64,000 nt of DNA from Amoebophrya sp. A120 (Eukaryota > Protista > Dinoflagellata). Shown in pieces: positions 23,747 to 34,236 of this stretch. Positions within the stretch are counted from its first letter, which is position 1, and the number at the start of each line of letters is the position of its first letter. Below the pieces are notes generated by a model. That model was not told the DNA's origin. It did not search any database and saw only the letters and a program-made list of their open reading frames with translations. The stretch lies in contig CAJINV010000003.1 of assembly GCA_905178155.1 (NCBI GenBank), forward strand, positions 1,191,560 through 1,255,559. Direction: 5' to 3'. The position numbers and the translations under genes are program-made.

Positions 23747-24772
23747 TTCTTTTGTTCAACACCAAGTTCAAGTTGCCAGTACGAATATAAGGATAAAAAG
23801 CCTCAAAAAGACTATTGACAAGAAATCGTATCCAAAGTAAGAGTTGAACACACTGCTAAGTAGTTCTTCCTAAGAGCTGCAATTCCAACTCGTTGAGGGC
23901 TTTCAACATCAAAAACTCACCTCTCGTCCATCTTCATCTTCAACTCTTACTTTGGATCGCTCTTTTTGCTGGAGATCCAGATGCAAGCACGATGTGTTGT
24001 CGTGGCACAAAAAACTACCTGTATTTCTCGTACGTGCACCAAAAAAAAGACATGAGGATGAGCTGAAGCTTATCGGTGCGTTGCAAGAACAGTCAAGAAA
24101 ATATTCTTTGTTCATCCGGTTTCGCAAACCAAAAAATAGCATTTCCTGTTCCTTCATGTTCGGAACCTTTCTTGACTTCGATTTGCCGAGCGTAAGGACG
24201 CATGCCATTCATTTTATAAAAAATACATCTTTAACAAGTTTGTCATGCTGAGCACAATGAGCACAGGAGTTGCAAAATGTAAGGTTGTCAAATCTCTAAT
24301 ACTCACCCTGAATGCAGTGGAATGGACAACGATAAAATTTGTTCAATACTAGACCCAGAGTGTTCTACACCGCATGCAAAAATAAAGTTAGCTGAAAACA
24401 GCACGGCATGGAGGACTACATCTGAGAGATAGAGCGAGACTTTATGAGACCAGAAGCACAATACCGACTTGTTGAGGTCGACCGAGCAGTTCGAACATAG
24501 TCGAATATCCTGATGTAAATTGATTCTATAGAGAGGCCTTTTGCAAAACGGTTTGAAAAAGCGAAACGCGGTCGATTGAAAAAGTGAAAAATGCGAAACA
24601 AGTAAAAGTATGACAATGAACGAAGCAAGAATGTAGGTGAAGTCCTTGAGGCGGCATCGAAAGAAAGAGCGATGTGCATTGTTTGTTGTTGGCTTCATTT
24701 GATGATCCTCATCTTAGTGTCAGAGACAATCCATCCCCACCCACACTTCCCGGCATTGAAGATTGACTGCAA

Positions 24773-25834
24773 CTACAAGCCAAAGGGGGGAATCATGGCG
24801 AGCTCCTCCATGTTCACTCCACAGCACCCCTTGTTGTTTACCTTCTCTCCGGTGATGTGGTCTTCTCGTCGCAGCTTGAGCACTTCCGCGGGGGTAACGG
24901 CAAACGCGATCCGTCGCGTGAGCTCCACCTCATCGCTTTCGTTGTGGTGGATCACGTAGCAGTGCGATCGGGTCTTCACGCCCAAGCCGTACGGCTCCAG
25001 TTGCTTGTTGAATTCCTCCTGCCACTGCCGCACCGACGCGTCGTACTTGTGGACGCGTTTTTTACTGATCATGTGCAGTAACGGGATAAACACCAGCGGA
25101 AACACCGCGAGGAACGCGCAAGTCATCCCGGGACACAGGTGGCAGAGGCCGAAAGGAACGTTTCGCTTGTGCACGTCCTTGTACAACCGCCCATGCGGCA
25201 CACCCACAAACTCGTGCCACAAATCCTGCGAGTGAAAAACAGAATCGCGTCTTGGCAACTTGTTTTACGAGCAATCCCACATCTTTTGTACTACTTGTTC
25301 GATTTTTTTCTTCACCTCATCATATCAATCCTTTGGGGAGAGTAGAGGTGGACTTGGGAACTGCATGATCGGGTCAGATCAATAAAAAAGTGACTGTTGT
25401 ATCTACTTTACGATGTATTGATGGAAGAAGATCTAACAAGTACAAGAATGAAAGCCAAAAGTAAAAAATACATACAGTTTTTGAACGTCACGCTCTTCGT
25501 CCCAGTCGAAAGTTGGTAGCTTTATTGCGGACGATTTGTCGACTTTCTGTTCTTCTTCATCTGTGGAGACCTCGGCCTCATCCACCACCCAGGGATTCTT
25601 TCCTTCTTTGATGGCTTGGTGGAAATTGCGGGCGGCATCGATCATTTCGACCGGCATCCCTTTCGCGATCACGTCCTTCGCCAGCCCGGGCGCTGTGCTG
25701 AAGTATTCCCGAGTGTGGTAGGGGAGGTTCAGCCGCACTAACTCGCCGTATTTTCCACGGACCTCTTCAGGGAGGTACTCTTCCCCCTTTATGTTCCGAG
25801 GACTCACCATTCCATCGGTGGCGAGAAGCACCAT
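24773..25834 (-). CDS. Hypothetical membrane-associated protein with Cys-containing hydrophobic segment; tentative exons 25834-25472 and 25225-24773 (~271 aa)
   Basis: Two coding-like ORFs joined in frame by a GT..AG intron 25471-25226. Hydrophobic stretch CHLCPGMTCAFLAVFPLVFIPLL. The donor choice is uncertain. Confidence 0.6.
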
Positions 25835-26305
25835 CGTGTTAGTTTTTCGAAGTGGCTAGGGCTTGTTCTTTTACCTCAGGTCGCAGAAATCAACATAGTG
25901 CTACTGATATTTTTTGAATTAGAAGAATTATTCCAGGGTCTACAACTTATATAGATTTGTGTGAACATGCCAATCGTTTTGAAAACGAGATCAAGGTCCT
26001 TGTCTTGTTACCGTTTTGCGAAGAATGCTCGTGCTGCGCAGCACGGCTTCGCTCGTCTATCTCTCACTCTCCCCGCACTACATGCTTTTGCAGTAGCCAC
26101 CAATACATAATCAACAAGGAGGCAACAAAAGCTCGCTGTCAGTGCGCTCTTCCGCACAAGCAGTGGTGGTCTGACCCTGTTTTCTTTTTACAGCGGATTT
26201 TGCCGTGGTTGCGAGTACTACCTTTTGCACGCGTAATTCGACATCAATTTTTGTCGGGGCCTCCTTTTTTACGTGAAGAAGGTGGATCTGCTCCTGTTAA
26301 AGCTG

Positions 26306-29300
26306 CTACCCTTCATGTTCGTTAGTGCGTGCGACGTTGAAATCTGTCCATGCGTTGTCCCAGGAAATCTGCAAATCTATTTTCGGAAAGCGATGTTGAA
26401 ATTGACACAGGGCTCCTACGCACGAGATACAGGGATAGTGTGATACGTGCAGCCTGACGCGCCCACTTGGGACGGTGGTAATCGCGGGTAGAGCGCCATC
26501 TTCTGAAGTTGCAGGGGACGCATCTTTCCTTCCTGCTGCTTCCTCATGAGATTCCAACTCTTGCAGCAGTCGACGAATTGCCGTTATTTCGGCGTGGCTT
26601 GCGTTGGCGTCACGACTGCGGTAACCTCGAATCGTGTGCGGCCACGATGTGCGGCACGAATGCCCAGTTGCATGGTCGGCGTCGCACCCGACGCGACAAC
26701 TTCCCGAAAGACGCCTCTCTTCCGGTTCTATTTCGCCCTCCTCGGCAGTGCCTGCCTGCTTCTTCACTGTCAATTCCCACGAAAGCTCAGCTGTGATGTC
26801 AGCTGCGCGTGGAGGGCGGTAGAAAAACGGACCCTCGGAATAGTTCTGGTTTTCGGCCTTTCTGTCGAACACTGCCTTTTCTCTGTCGACGGCAAGAAGC
26901 ATTCCCATCTTTCTCAGCACGAATTCCGTGCCGTAGGCACCGAGTGACTGAAAGGACTGCTTGGCGGCCAACTTTCCGAGAAGAGTCGCATCCCCCGTAT
27001 TGAGAACGTGTTCAACAGCACGGACTACTGGATCGAAGATCCGGTGCGCATCTTTGTCAAGGGTGTGCCAATGTTCGGACCGCGCACTGGCGGAGGTCAA
27101 GGAGTCGAAAATCCTTATCCAGTCACCAATCGTTGTTGTAGCATGCTGACGCTCTTCGGTATTCTTCTCGCTAGACTTCCACGCCGCATGAAGACCCACC
27201 CGTCTCCAAATTCTGTAGACGCCGTCTTGGAGGCGGTCAAGCGACCACTCACCGGCAGGACTGTTTTCAGACTCTCGCCGCATAATGCCACTGTTTTTCT
27301 CGCTCTCATGCGCAGCTCTGAGTCGCAACAGGTGCACTCCCCAGCAGAAATTTGAGAAAATGAGCGGTGACCCCTGATCCCACGCCTTTTGGTCTTTCGT
27401 TTCGTCGTCGATCAACTTGCAGGACTGCGCTACAATCTCAGGCGCGTGTATTCGAAAGCGGCCGAGCAGTGGAACGACATGTAAGGTGTTGATAAAATCC
27501 CGCTCCAGAGATAAATCGCCCCCAAACCTGCCCATCAACGCTTTTGCTTGGCTGAGTAGGCGTGCGACTTGCTTGAGTTCCCCGAAGCGCTCGAAGGCGT
27601 TCGCGGCTTCGCGATAGGTTGCCACGTCTGGCTGCACGTCGCTCGACGCCCAGAATTTCAGCACCCTTTGCCACACCGCGCGCGTTGCTTCCGGCGCTGC
27701 CCGGGCGGCGCAGGCACGAAGCGCCGCGTTCAGAACGCGAATGTTCGGCTTTTCGAGTCGTTCCAGCAGTCCGACCACCGAGTCGCAGAGTCCACCGGAT
27801 TCGCACGCACGAAGCGCTGCAGCCACGCAAGCGTCGTCAATCATCTCTCCTTCCTCGGGCAGAAGGTTCAGCGCTTTCTGCCACTGCCCCGCTTTCGCGC
27901 AAGCCTCGATCGCCGATGCAGTGGCGATCAACAGAGACCGAGCCGCGCTAGTTGTACCGGTTTTATTTGAGCACCTTCTTGAAGATGTCCGCGCACGTTT
28001 CATCTGGTCCAGCAGGTCCACGGCCTCTCGCCATGCTCCGACGCGCTGACAAGACCCCACCGCCGAAGCGTAGGCCATTGGATCTGGCGCACCGCGCGTT
28101 TTCAAGCGGCGAAAAACGTCCAGAGCGTCGCGCCACCGCCCTGCTCGTTCACAGGTGTTCATACAAGCTGTGTAGCACACCAGGAGTGTCTTCCACAAAT
28201 CGTCTTCTTGTTCTTGACCAGCATCAACATCTCGAACGCTGGTCACGATGTAGGGGTCCTGTTGAAACGTCGTGACACTACCCTCTGCCTGTGTCACACC
28301 AAACTGGCCGGCACTGCTCTCCTTCAGCTCGTCATACACTTTCTCAGCTTGGTCCAGCAGTCTTAATGCTTCGTCCCATTTTCCTGCTCGCCTACAAGCG
28401 CTGATGCATCCTCCGTAGAGCCTGCACAGATTTGTCGTCCACGTCACGACACTAAGGCCACCGGACTGGTGTTCGCTTTTCTTGTAGTCTTCCAAAATAC
28501 GAACCGCTTCCTCCCATCTCCCCATCTGCGCGCAAACTGAGATCGTTGCAGCGAACGCGTGCACATCTTCCCCTGCGAGAAGTCCCGATCGATCGAAGAT
28601 TCGCACTGCGGTTCGCCAGTCGCGGAACTGACCACAGGTTGTGATTGCGGCCGTAATGGACCGCGGATTTTCTTGCAGATGCGGTAACTTGTCGAGAAGC
28701 TGCAAAATCCTCTCCACTGTCGGACAACACGACAAGGCGACGGTGCACGCCACGACGGAAGGTGTCTCAAATTGCAAACTCGTCTTTTCGAACAAATCAT
28801 ACGCATCAGCCGTGCGTCCGGAATTCCGGTAAATCTGCATCATGTCGACTGTGTGAAATTCATCCAGTTTCAACCCGAGTTCGTCCAGAGTCGCGTTCCC
28901 CTCACTGCTGAGGAGCCAGTCCGCAAACGCAGCACCGGTTGTGGAGTTTTTACGCCGAAAACGCATCAGAATTCCGGAAAGCGCACGACTGCGCGCCGTG
29001 GAAGAAGTATGGTATTTTTCGCCGCCGTCGCAAGAGTCGGATTTGAAGATCCGGCGGAAAAGCGGCTCGAAGCTCGGGATTCCCTCGCCGTCGCTCCGAA
29101 GTGCGTGAAAAAACCGGTCCTCTCGGTCGTGCGAAGTTCGTGAGCTGCGGTAGGACGTCGTGGAGGGGGCGTCGGTCTCTTCTTTCTGTCTCTGCAATAT
29201 CGTCTCATCATTTGAGGGCGCCGCGTCTTTTGTATTCCGGGACGTTGCGACAGACGTAATCGAACGCCAGGAGGAGGTGGGCTTTCCAAAAGGCGGGCCA

Positions 29301-29353
29301 CGACCGCTGCGTCCGAACCTCTTGCAAACATCATGTTGCCGCACATATCGCAT
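26306..29353 (-). CDS. Pentatricopeptide-repeat (PPR) protein with C-terminal zinc-dependent deaminase-fold domain, ~1015 aa, intronless
   Basis: About 10-11 PPR-like motifs (e.g. DVHAFAATISVCAQMGRWEEAVRILEDY, PDPMAYASAVGSCQRVGAWREAVDLLDQMK). C-terminal SHAEITAI (HAE 26596-26588) and VRLHVSHYPCISCVGALCQF (PCISC 26434-26420). The first ATG is at 29353 and opens an Arg/Ser-rich N-terminus. Confidence 0.85.
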   Translation of the reverse strand: MRYVRQHDVCKRFGRSGRGPPFGKPTSSWRSITSVATSRNTKDAAPSNDETILQRQKEETDAPSTTSYRSSRTSHDREDRFFHALRSDGEGIPSFEPLFRRIFKSDSCDGGEKYHTSSTARSRALSGILMRFRRKNSTTGAAFADWLLSSEGNATLDELGLKLDEFHTVDMMQIYRNSGRTADAYDLFEKTSLQFETPSVVACTVALSCCPTVERILQLLDKLPHLQENPRSITAAITTCGQFRDWRTAVRIFDRSGLLAGEDVHAFAATISVCAQMGRWEEAVRILEDYKKSEHQSGGLSVVTWTTNLCRLYGGCISACRRAGKWDEALRLLDQAEKVYDELKESSAGQFGVTQAEGSVTTFQQDPYIVTSVRDVDAGQEQEDDLWKTLLVCYTACMNTCERAGRWRDALDVFRRLKTRGAPDPMAYASAVGSCQRVGAWREAVDLLDQMKRARTSSRRCSNKTGTTSAARSLLIATASAIEACAKAGQWQKALNLLPEEGEMIDDACVAAALRACESGGLCDSVVGLLERLEKPNIRVLNAALRACAARAAPEATRAVWQRVLKFWASSDVQPDVATYREAANAFERFGELKQVARLLSQAKALMGRFGGDLSLERDFINTLHVVPLLGRFRIHAPEIVAQSCKLIDDETKDQKAWDQGSPLIFSNFCWGVHLLRLRAAHESEKNSGIMRRESENSPAGEWSLDRLQDGVYRIWRRVGLHAAWKSSEKNTEERQHATTTIGDWIRIFDSLTSASARSEHWHTLDKDAHRIFDPVVRAVEHVLNTGDATLLGKLAAKQSFQSLGAYGTEFVLRKMGMLLAVDREKAVFDRKAENQNYSEGPFFYRPPRAADITAELSWELTVKKQAGTAEEGEIEPEERRLSGSCRVGCDADHATGHSCRTSWPHTIRGYRSRDANASHAEITAIRRLLQELESHEEAAGRKDASPATSEDGALPAITTVPSGRVRLHVSHYPCISCVGALCQFQHRFPKIDLQISWDNAWTDFNVARTNEHEG

Positions 29354-29845
29354 TCTGTTTTTGTTGACTCCAGTATCATCTACAAAAGCGCCTGGCGCTG
29401 CACGGTGATTCACTTATCGTTGCTACGATGAGGACGAGCCGTAGCCTAGCGTATCTTCAAAATTCAAATTACAGGATCCAAAAATCGACCGAGTCGCGGC
29501 TCTAGTGTGTGTGATCAAAGTGCTTCCAGATCAAAAAACGCTTTCGGACGACGATCCTCGATGTGACGGCTTCTTTGCGAACAACAGATTCAATTCACCA
29601 AAAGCCGCTTGCACGATGATACGTTCATATGTGGAGGTGAAGTTTGAGGCATTTCTGCGAGGCGCAGAGAAAATTCGTGCTGGTGTGCACTCACTGTTTT
29701 TTTTTGTCTTTCACCTTTGACGTCATCGAAATCAAGATCCGCTCGAATGTCTGGAATTAACAGCAGTAATCTCAAGTTCCTAGGTGGCGGGCCACCAGTA
29801 TTTCTTGGAATTTAGTACTCTCACCCGCTGTTACAGCAGTCGAAA

Positions 29846-30892
29846 TCAATCAGAATCGTCGCCGCTATCGTAGCCGTCACTGCCTCCACTATCGTCATCA
29901 TAGCCGCCGCTGTCGGAATCATCGCCGTCGCTGTTGCAATCAGCGTCGCCACTGTCGTAATCATCGCCACCGCTATCGTCCCCGGAGCTGCTTCCCCCTC
30001 CATCATCGTTACCACCTCCGTTATTGTCGCTACCGTCCTCCACATCACTGTTGCCACTTGCGTGGCTGCTGCCCACAGCATTCTCGTAGTCACTACTGCC
30101 AGCGGACTCATCTGCATGCGGGTTCTCGTCCACCTCACTGTCTTCGTTATCGTTGTGGCGTTCGTCATCAGTATCCGAGTTCGAGTTGTCACTGCAAGTG
30201 TTTTCATTGAAGTACTCGCGGTTCCCGTCTGCATCCTCGACCCAGCCCGAGGTCCCATCTGCATTTTCGAAGATTCGGTCTCCGTCCGCATTTTCCTGGT
30301 AGTGCGTGCCATCTTGGTTCGCGTACTCGTAAGCCCCATCTGGATACGCGGCATAATCGTTACCCAATTCGTTCCTTCCGTACCGGGCATCGGCGTCGGA
30401 GTCCTCTTCTTCGACGCGACAGTGGTACACCGATACACACTCAGCGGATGAGGCAGAATCGGCACTGTTCGGGTGGTCGTTGCCGCCATCCGACGAGCGT
30501 CGACACCAGTCGTCATCATCGCTGTCGGTGTCATTTTTCCCGCGGTGTGCGGCATTGCTCCGCGGCTCCGCTGCGCTCCGTGTTCCGCTATACCGCTGAG
30601 CCTGTTCGTTTCGACGCAGCGTGGAGGCCGGCTTTACCGCCTCGCTCCAGTATACCTTGCCACTGCGCTGACGGCGGGGATCCCACTTCCAGGCCCATCT
30701 CTGTTCAAATTGAACACCTCCGCTCCACCAGCGATTGCAACAATCATCGACATAGTCACCGTAGTACCAATCTGAATCGTACTTGTACCAGCCGGACTCC
30801 CGCGGTTCCTTGTCCTTCTTGGGAAGCGTGCCATCAGGCCTGCCGGTCGGACCGCCGCGATGCGCTTCTTTGGCGTGACGAGTAGATGGCAT
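29846..30892 (-). CDS. Hypothetical protein with Trp/Tyr-rich N-terminal part, repeated (N/D)xDG motifs and Asp/Gly/Ser low-complexity tail, 348 aa
   Basis: ATG-initiated ORF on the same strand as its neighbours. Segment YPDGAYEYANQDGTHYQENADGDRIFENADGTSGWVEDADGNREY, then an acidic tail. Confidence 0.7.
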   Translation of the reverse strand: MPSTRHAKEAHRGGPTGRPDGTLPKKDKEPRESGWYKYDSDWYYGDYVDDCCNRWWSGGVQFEQRWAWKWDPRRQRSGKVYWSEAVKPASTLRRNEQAQRYSGTRSAAEPRSNAAHRGKNDTDSDDDDWCRRSSDGGNDHPNSADSASSAECVSVYHCRVEEEDSDADARYGRNELGNDYAAYPDGAYEYANQDGTHYQENADGDRIFENADGTSGWVEDADGNREYFNENTCSDNSNSDTDDERHNDNEDSEVDENPHADESAGSSDYENAVGSSHASGNSDVEDGSDNNGGGNDDGGGSSSGDDSGGDDYDSGDADCNSDGDDSDSGGYDDDSGGSDGYDSGDDSD

Positions 30893-31355
30893 CGTGATAA
30901 TTGGCTGTTTCTGATTACAGTGAGTTCTTCAAACGCGCGTGATCACAAGAACACGAAAGCTGCTGTTGCGTGGTTGCTTCGAAAAAGTAAATGTGGCTGC
31001 TAGTCGCGGGGGTGAGCGTTTTTGGGACAAAAAGAAATAACGCCTTCGACCTCTCAGTGAGAAGCGACTTGACCATAAATCCTCTCTCTGCTATTCTCGT
31101 ACGAAGTGCGGCTATCACTCTCACTTTGTTCTGGTACTGCTCTCATGACGATGACATGCGAATGGTTTTGAAAAATAGAACTCCTGGCACTGATCTCACG
31201 GAGGCCGTTTCATCAGCCGCGCGAGCCGCTCAGCCTTTTTGCTGATCTTCGTGTTAATCTTCTTACTGATGTTCGTTGATTGCGCTCTGCATACGATCAC
31301 GATCAGGAAGCAACAGTCAGGCGGTAACTTGGCTCAGCACGCGCACATCATCAGT

Positions 31356-33632
31356 TCAAGTTTTCTCTGCATAAATCAGAACTGAGGCACACATTTCATC
31401 TACGTCCATGTTTTCTAAATGCTGATATTCTGGCCGCACAGCTCCCCCATGGATCTTAAAGCGCGCGGCCTGATCCGGGGTGAGTGTGTCGTCTGTCAGC
31501 GCGTCGAGGCCCTCTTCGCCAAAAATCTCGACTTCGTTGATGACGATGTTCGAGAAGCCGATTTTTCGCAGCATGGGTTCCAGCTCTGGGAGCCGGGCAA
31601 ACATCCGCATGCAGATCGGGAATTCTACAGGGCTGCCTTCTACTTTGCTGTCGTTTTCTGCAGGAGCGCCTGCGCCAGAAACCGGACATCTTTCCTTTGC
31701 TTGATTTGCAGCGCTTGATGTCCCGGGGAGCGCTTCCCGCATCGTTGTTGTGCAAATGGCCATGCGTCCGCCCTTCTTCAGCGCACGATACACCTGCGAA
31801 AACGCGCGCACCTTGTTCGGAATCAAGCAAAAAGCGCCATTCGAGATACAGACGTCGAATGCCGACTCGGCCATCCCATTCTCCGGCTTGTTGTTCGCCT
31901 CCTCAACAAAGGGTAAGCGCTCAATATCGGCACAAACGAAGCCTATGTTGCCCCTGCCTTCCCGTTCCGCGCGCTGCTTGGCGTGGTCGAGCTCCTTGCG
32001 CGAGAAGTCGACGGCAAGGACTGTCCCGTCTTCCCCCGTTTTCGACGCCGCGAGGAACGCGTCAACGCCGAGACCGCACCCGAGTTCCAGGACTTTTTCC
32101 CCGGCGCAGATCTTTGCCCCAAGAAACGGATTGCCCACGCCCTGGAAGTTGTAGAGGTTCTGCTTCCCGATCGCTTCCTGCTCTTCCAAAGTGTACCCCA
32201 GCGCGGTGAGCCACTTTTGTGCGCGCAAGAGATTCCCCTCGTGGTGCGCCGTGGCGCCGACCCGCTCGTACGCCGTGCGAGTCTCCTCCTTCTCGGGCAC
32301 GACAGTCTCGTCCTCTTGCTCTTCGTTGATCTGAATATTGCTTTCGTCGTCCTCGTCGTAAACGTACAGCACGTCGGCGTACGGGCTCTTAAATGGGAAG
32401 AACCTTTTCTCGTTATTTGCAGCTTCATCTGTTTCCAGAAGCATGCAATCCCTGCACGTTTCCAAAATTTTTGCCTTCGTGACCGCATAGCTGGCCTTGT
32501 CCTCCGGCTCGTCCAGATCGCATTCATAGGTCATTTGTGACAGAATTAACAACTCCTGCGACGAGCGTTCTTCCAGAAGATGCTGTTGATCGTCTTGTTC
32601 AGTCGCCTTCTGTGCATTCGCTCTTTCCAGAAGTCGATGGCAGTGCGGAACACCCAAGTAGTGATGCAGATGCGCCTTGCCCGCTACAACCAATGTTGTG
32701 GTTATCGATGAATCTGTATCTGGGGCTTGTTCTGTAGTTTTGCCATTATCTTTCGTCTGTTGGAACACCCGCCACGCCATGCTCCAGTCTTTCAAGCACT
32801 GCGCACCGAACATCCGCAACAAAGCCGGATTGCACATGGAGAAAAGCTCGCCAGGTTCGTGTCTCGACTCCGCCGAGTACACATCCCGTCCGCTCATCAA
32901 GGACTCGAATAAGCGGAAATAACCAACGCTGCTGAAGGGAAAACCGGTTTTCTCGAGGAGACTTTCGCCGTCAGCGGCGGACTCGGTTGGCGGGAGAAAG
33001 GCCCGGAAATCCTCGTCCGGTGGCCCAAGATACTTTTCAACTTCTAGCAAACTTTCCCAGGGCGGTAAATACCCCTTGTCACACAATTCCTGTACGTGTG
33101 CTTTTCTATCTGCCGCTGCTTCCAGGGGGCAAAAAGCGGCGGCAAGCGGGCGAGGTATGAAGCCGCCGACGATTTTTACCCGATCTGCATTTCGGCGCCA
33201 CGACTCAAACAGTTTCTCATAGGGGTCCAGGTCGTGCCCCTCGGTGCCAATCTCCTTGTAGGCCGCCTTGAAGTCGGCGAAGTCGGTGAATTTTCCGTCT
33301 CGAAAATACGCGTCCACAACGGGCCCTTGCATGTCATGGCTGAAGTGCTCCAGGACGACTTGCAGTTTCGCAGACGCAGAAGTTGTACTCGTTGTGCTCT
33401 GTAGTTGCAAGGCAGCATCGGATATTTTCTCCAGCAGCGCACAGATCCGGTTTTCCGAGTGGTACTCACCAAACCAAATCACGCACTGCCGACTGTCCCC
33501 GGTCGCGCAAGCCAGCTCGGTGAGCTCTTTGCCGCCTCGTCGAAGGAATCTCTGGGCATTTTGGTTCTTTTCCAGGGAACGATAGAGAAAGGCGTGTGGG
33601 AAGCGCATGGGTTCGGTCTCGTTGGCAGTCAT
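31356..33632 (-). CDS. Fusion of a ChaN-like (haem-uptake/Tiki superfamily) domain and an arsenite-methyltransferase-like class I SAM methyltransferase
   Basis: N part: VIWFGEYHS, VVLEHF, AQCLKDWSMA, LVVAGKAHLHHYLGVP. C part: FQGVGNP, VLELGCGLGVDAFLAASKTGEDGTVLAVDFS, FDVCISNGAFCLIPNKVRAFSQVYRALKKGGRMAI. The first ATG is at 33632. Confidence 0.75.
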   Translation of the reverse strand: MTANETEPMRFPHAFLYRSLEKNQNAQRFLRRGGKELTELACATGDSRQCVIWFGEYHSENRICALLEKISDAALQLQSTTSTTSASAKLQVVLEHFSHDMQGPVVDAYFRDGKFTDFADFKAAYKEIGTEGHDLDPYEKLFESWRRNADRVKIVGGFIPRPLAAAFCPLEAAADRKAHVQELCDKGYLPPWESLLEVEKYLGPPDEDFRAFLPPTESAADGESLLEKTGFPFSSVGYFRLFESLMSGRDVYSAESRHEPGELFSMCNPALLRMFGAQCLKDWSMAWRVFQQTKDNGKTTEQAPDTDSSITTTLVVAGKAHLHHYLGVPHCHRLLERANAQKATEQDDQQHLLEERSSQELLILSQMTYECDLDEPEDKASYAVTKAKILETCRDCMLLETDEAANNEKRFFPFKSPYADVLYVYDEDDESNIQINEEQEDETVVPEKEETRTAYERVGATAHHEGNLLRAQKWLTALGYTLEEQEAIGKQNLYNFQGVGNPFLGAKICAGEKVLELGCGLGVDAFLAASKTGEDGTVLAVDFSRKELDHAKQRAEREGRGNIGFVCADIERLPFVEEANNKPENGMAESAFDVCISNGAFCLIPNKVRAFSQVYRALKKGGRMAICTTTMREALPGTSSAANQAKERCPVSGAGAPAENDSKVEGSPVEFPICMRMFARLPELEPMLRKIGFSNIVINEVEIFGEEGLDALTDDTLTPDQAARFKIHGGAVRPEYQHLENMDVDEMCASVLIYAEKT

Positions 33633-34236
33633 GATTCTGAGTAAGGTGGTAAGTGGCAAATGTCTGCTCAATATCAGGTTCAGGCGGGTTCGGGAAACGG
33701 AAGTACACAATGCGGTTGAAAGAGTGACAAGATCTGATGCTGGCGGGACAGACAGAACGGGTTCTCGACAACAGGGGTTAGGAACCTGGGTCTTTATTTG
33801 GAACTGCGTGTATAGACTCGCTGATCGTACTGCTTTAGTCACCTAGTACGCTCAGAAACTCTCCTGATGAGCAGCTCATTTCGTCGCTCAAGTACCAAGA
33901 GCCTCATAGTTCTCTCCTGAGGATGAATGCCTTTTTCTGAAACTGTCACCAAAAAGATTTGCGATCCATTACTCGCACCAGCACTACAACTGCAGGTGAT
34001 GATCCTCGTGCTCGAAGCGAACACATAAACGACCTGGACCGATTCCGTTAGAAAATCGCTTCAGACTTCTGTTTCCATTTGGCACCACTCACAACGACTA
34101 GAATCAGCGATGCGAGCAGGGTTGTAGGCATCCGGTGCGCTGCCAAGTACACTATAGTGGTGATAATTTCCTCGTTGTGCGACTACATCCTGTTTAACAT
34201 AGAAGCGCAACGCATAGTTGTGCAACTCCACTGCAC

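Noticed and set aside
23800-24760. Short hydrophobic ORFs between the FkbM and membrane-protein genes
   Set aside because: AT-rich, Phe/Leu/Ser-biased translations typical of non-coding DNA, and no model could be built.
29821-30555. Alternative-frame Thr/Met-rich 244-aa ORF
   Set aside because: It is a frame-shifted reading of the GAC/GAT/AGC-rich acidic tail of 29846-30892.
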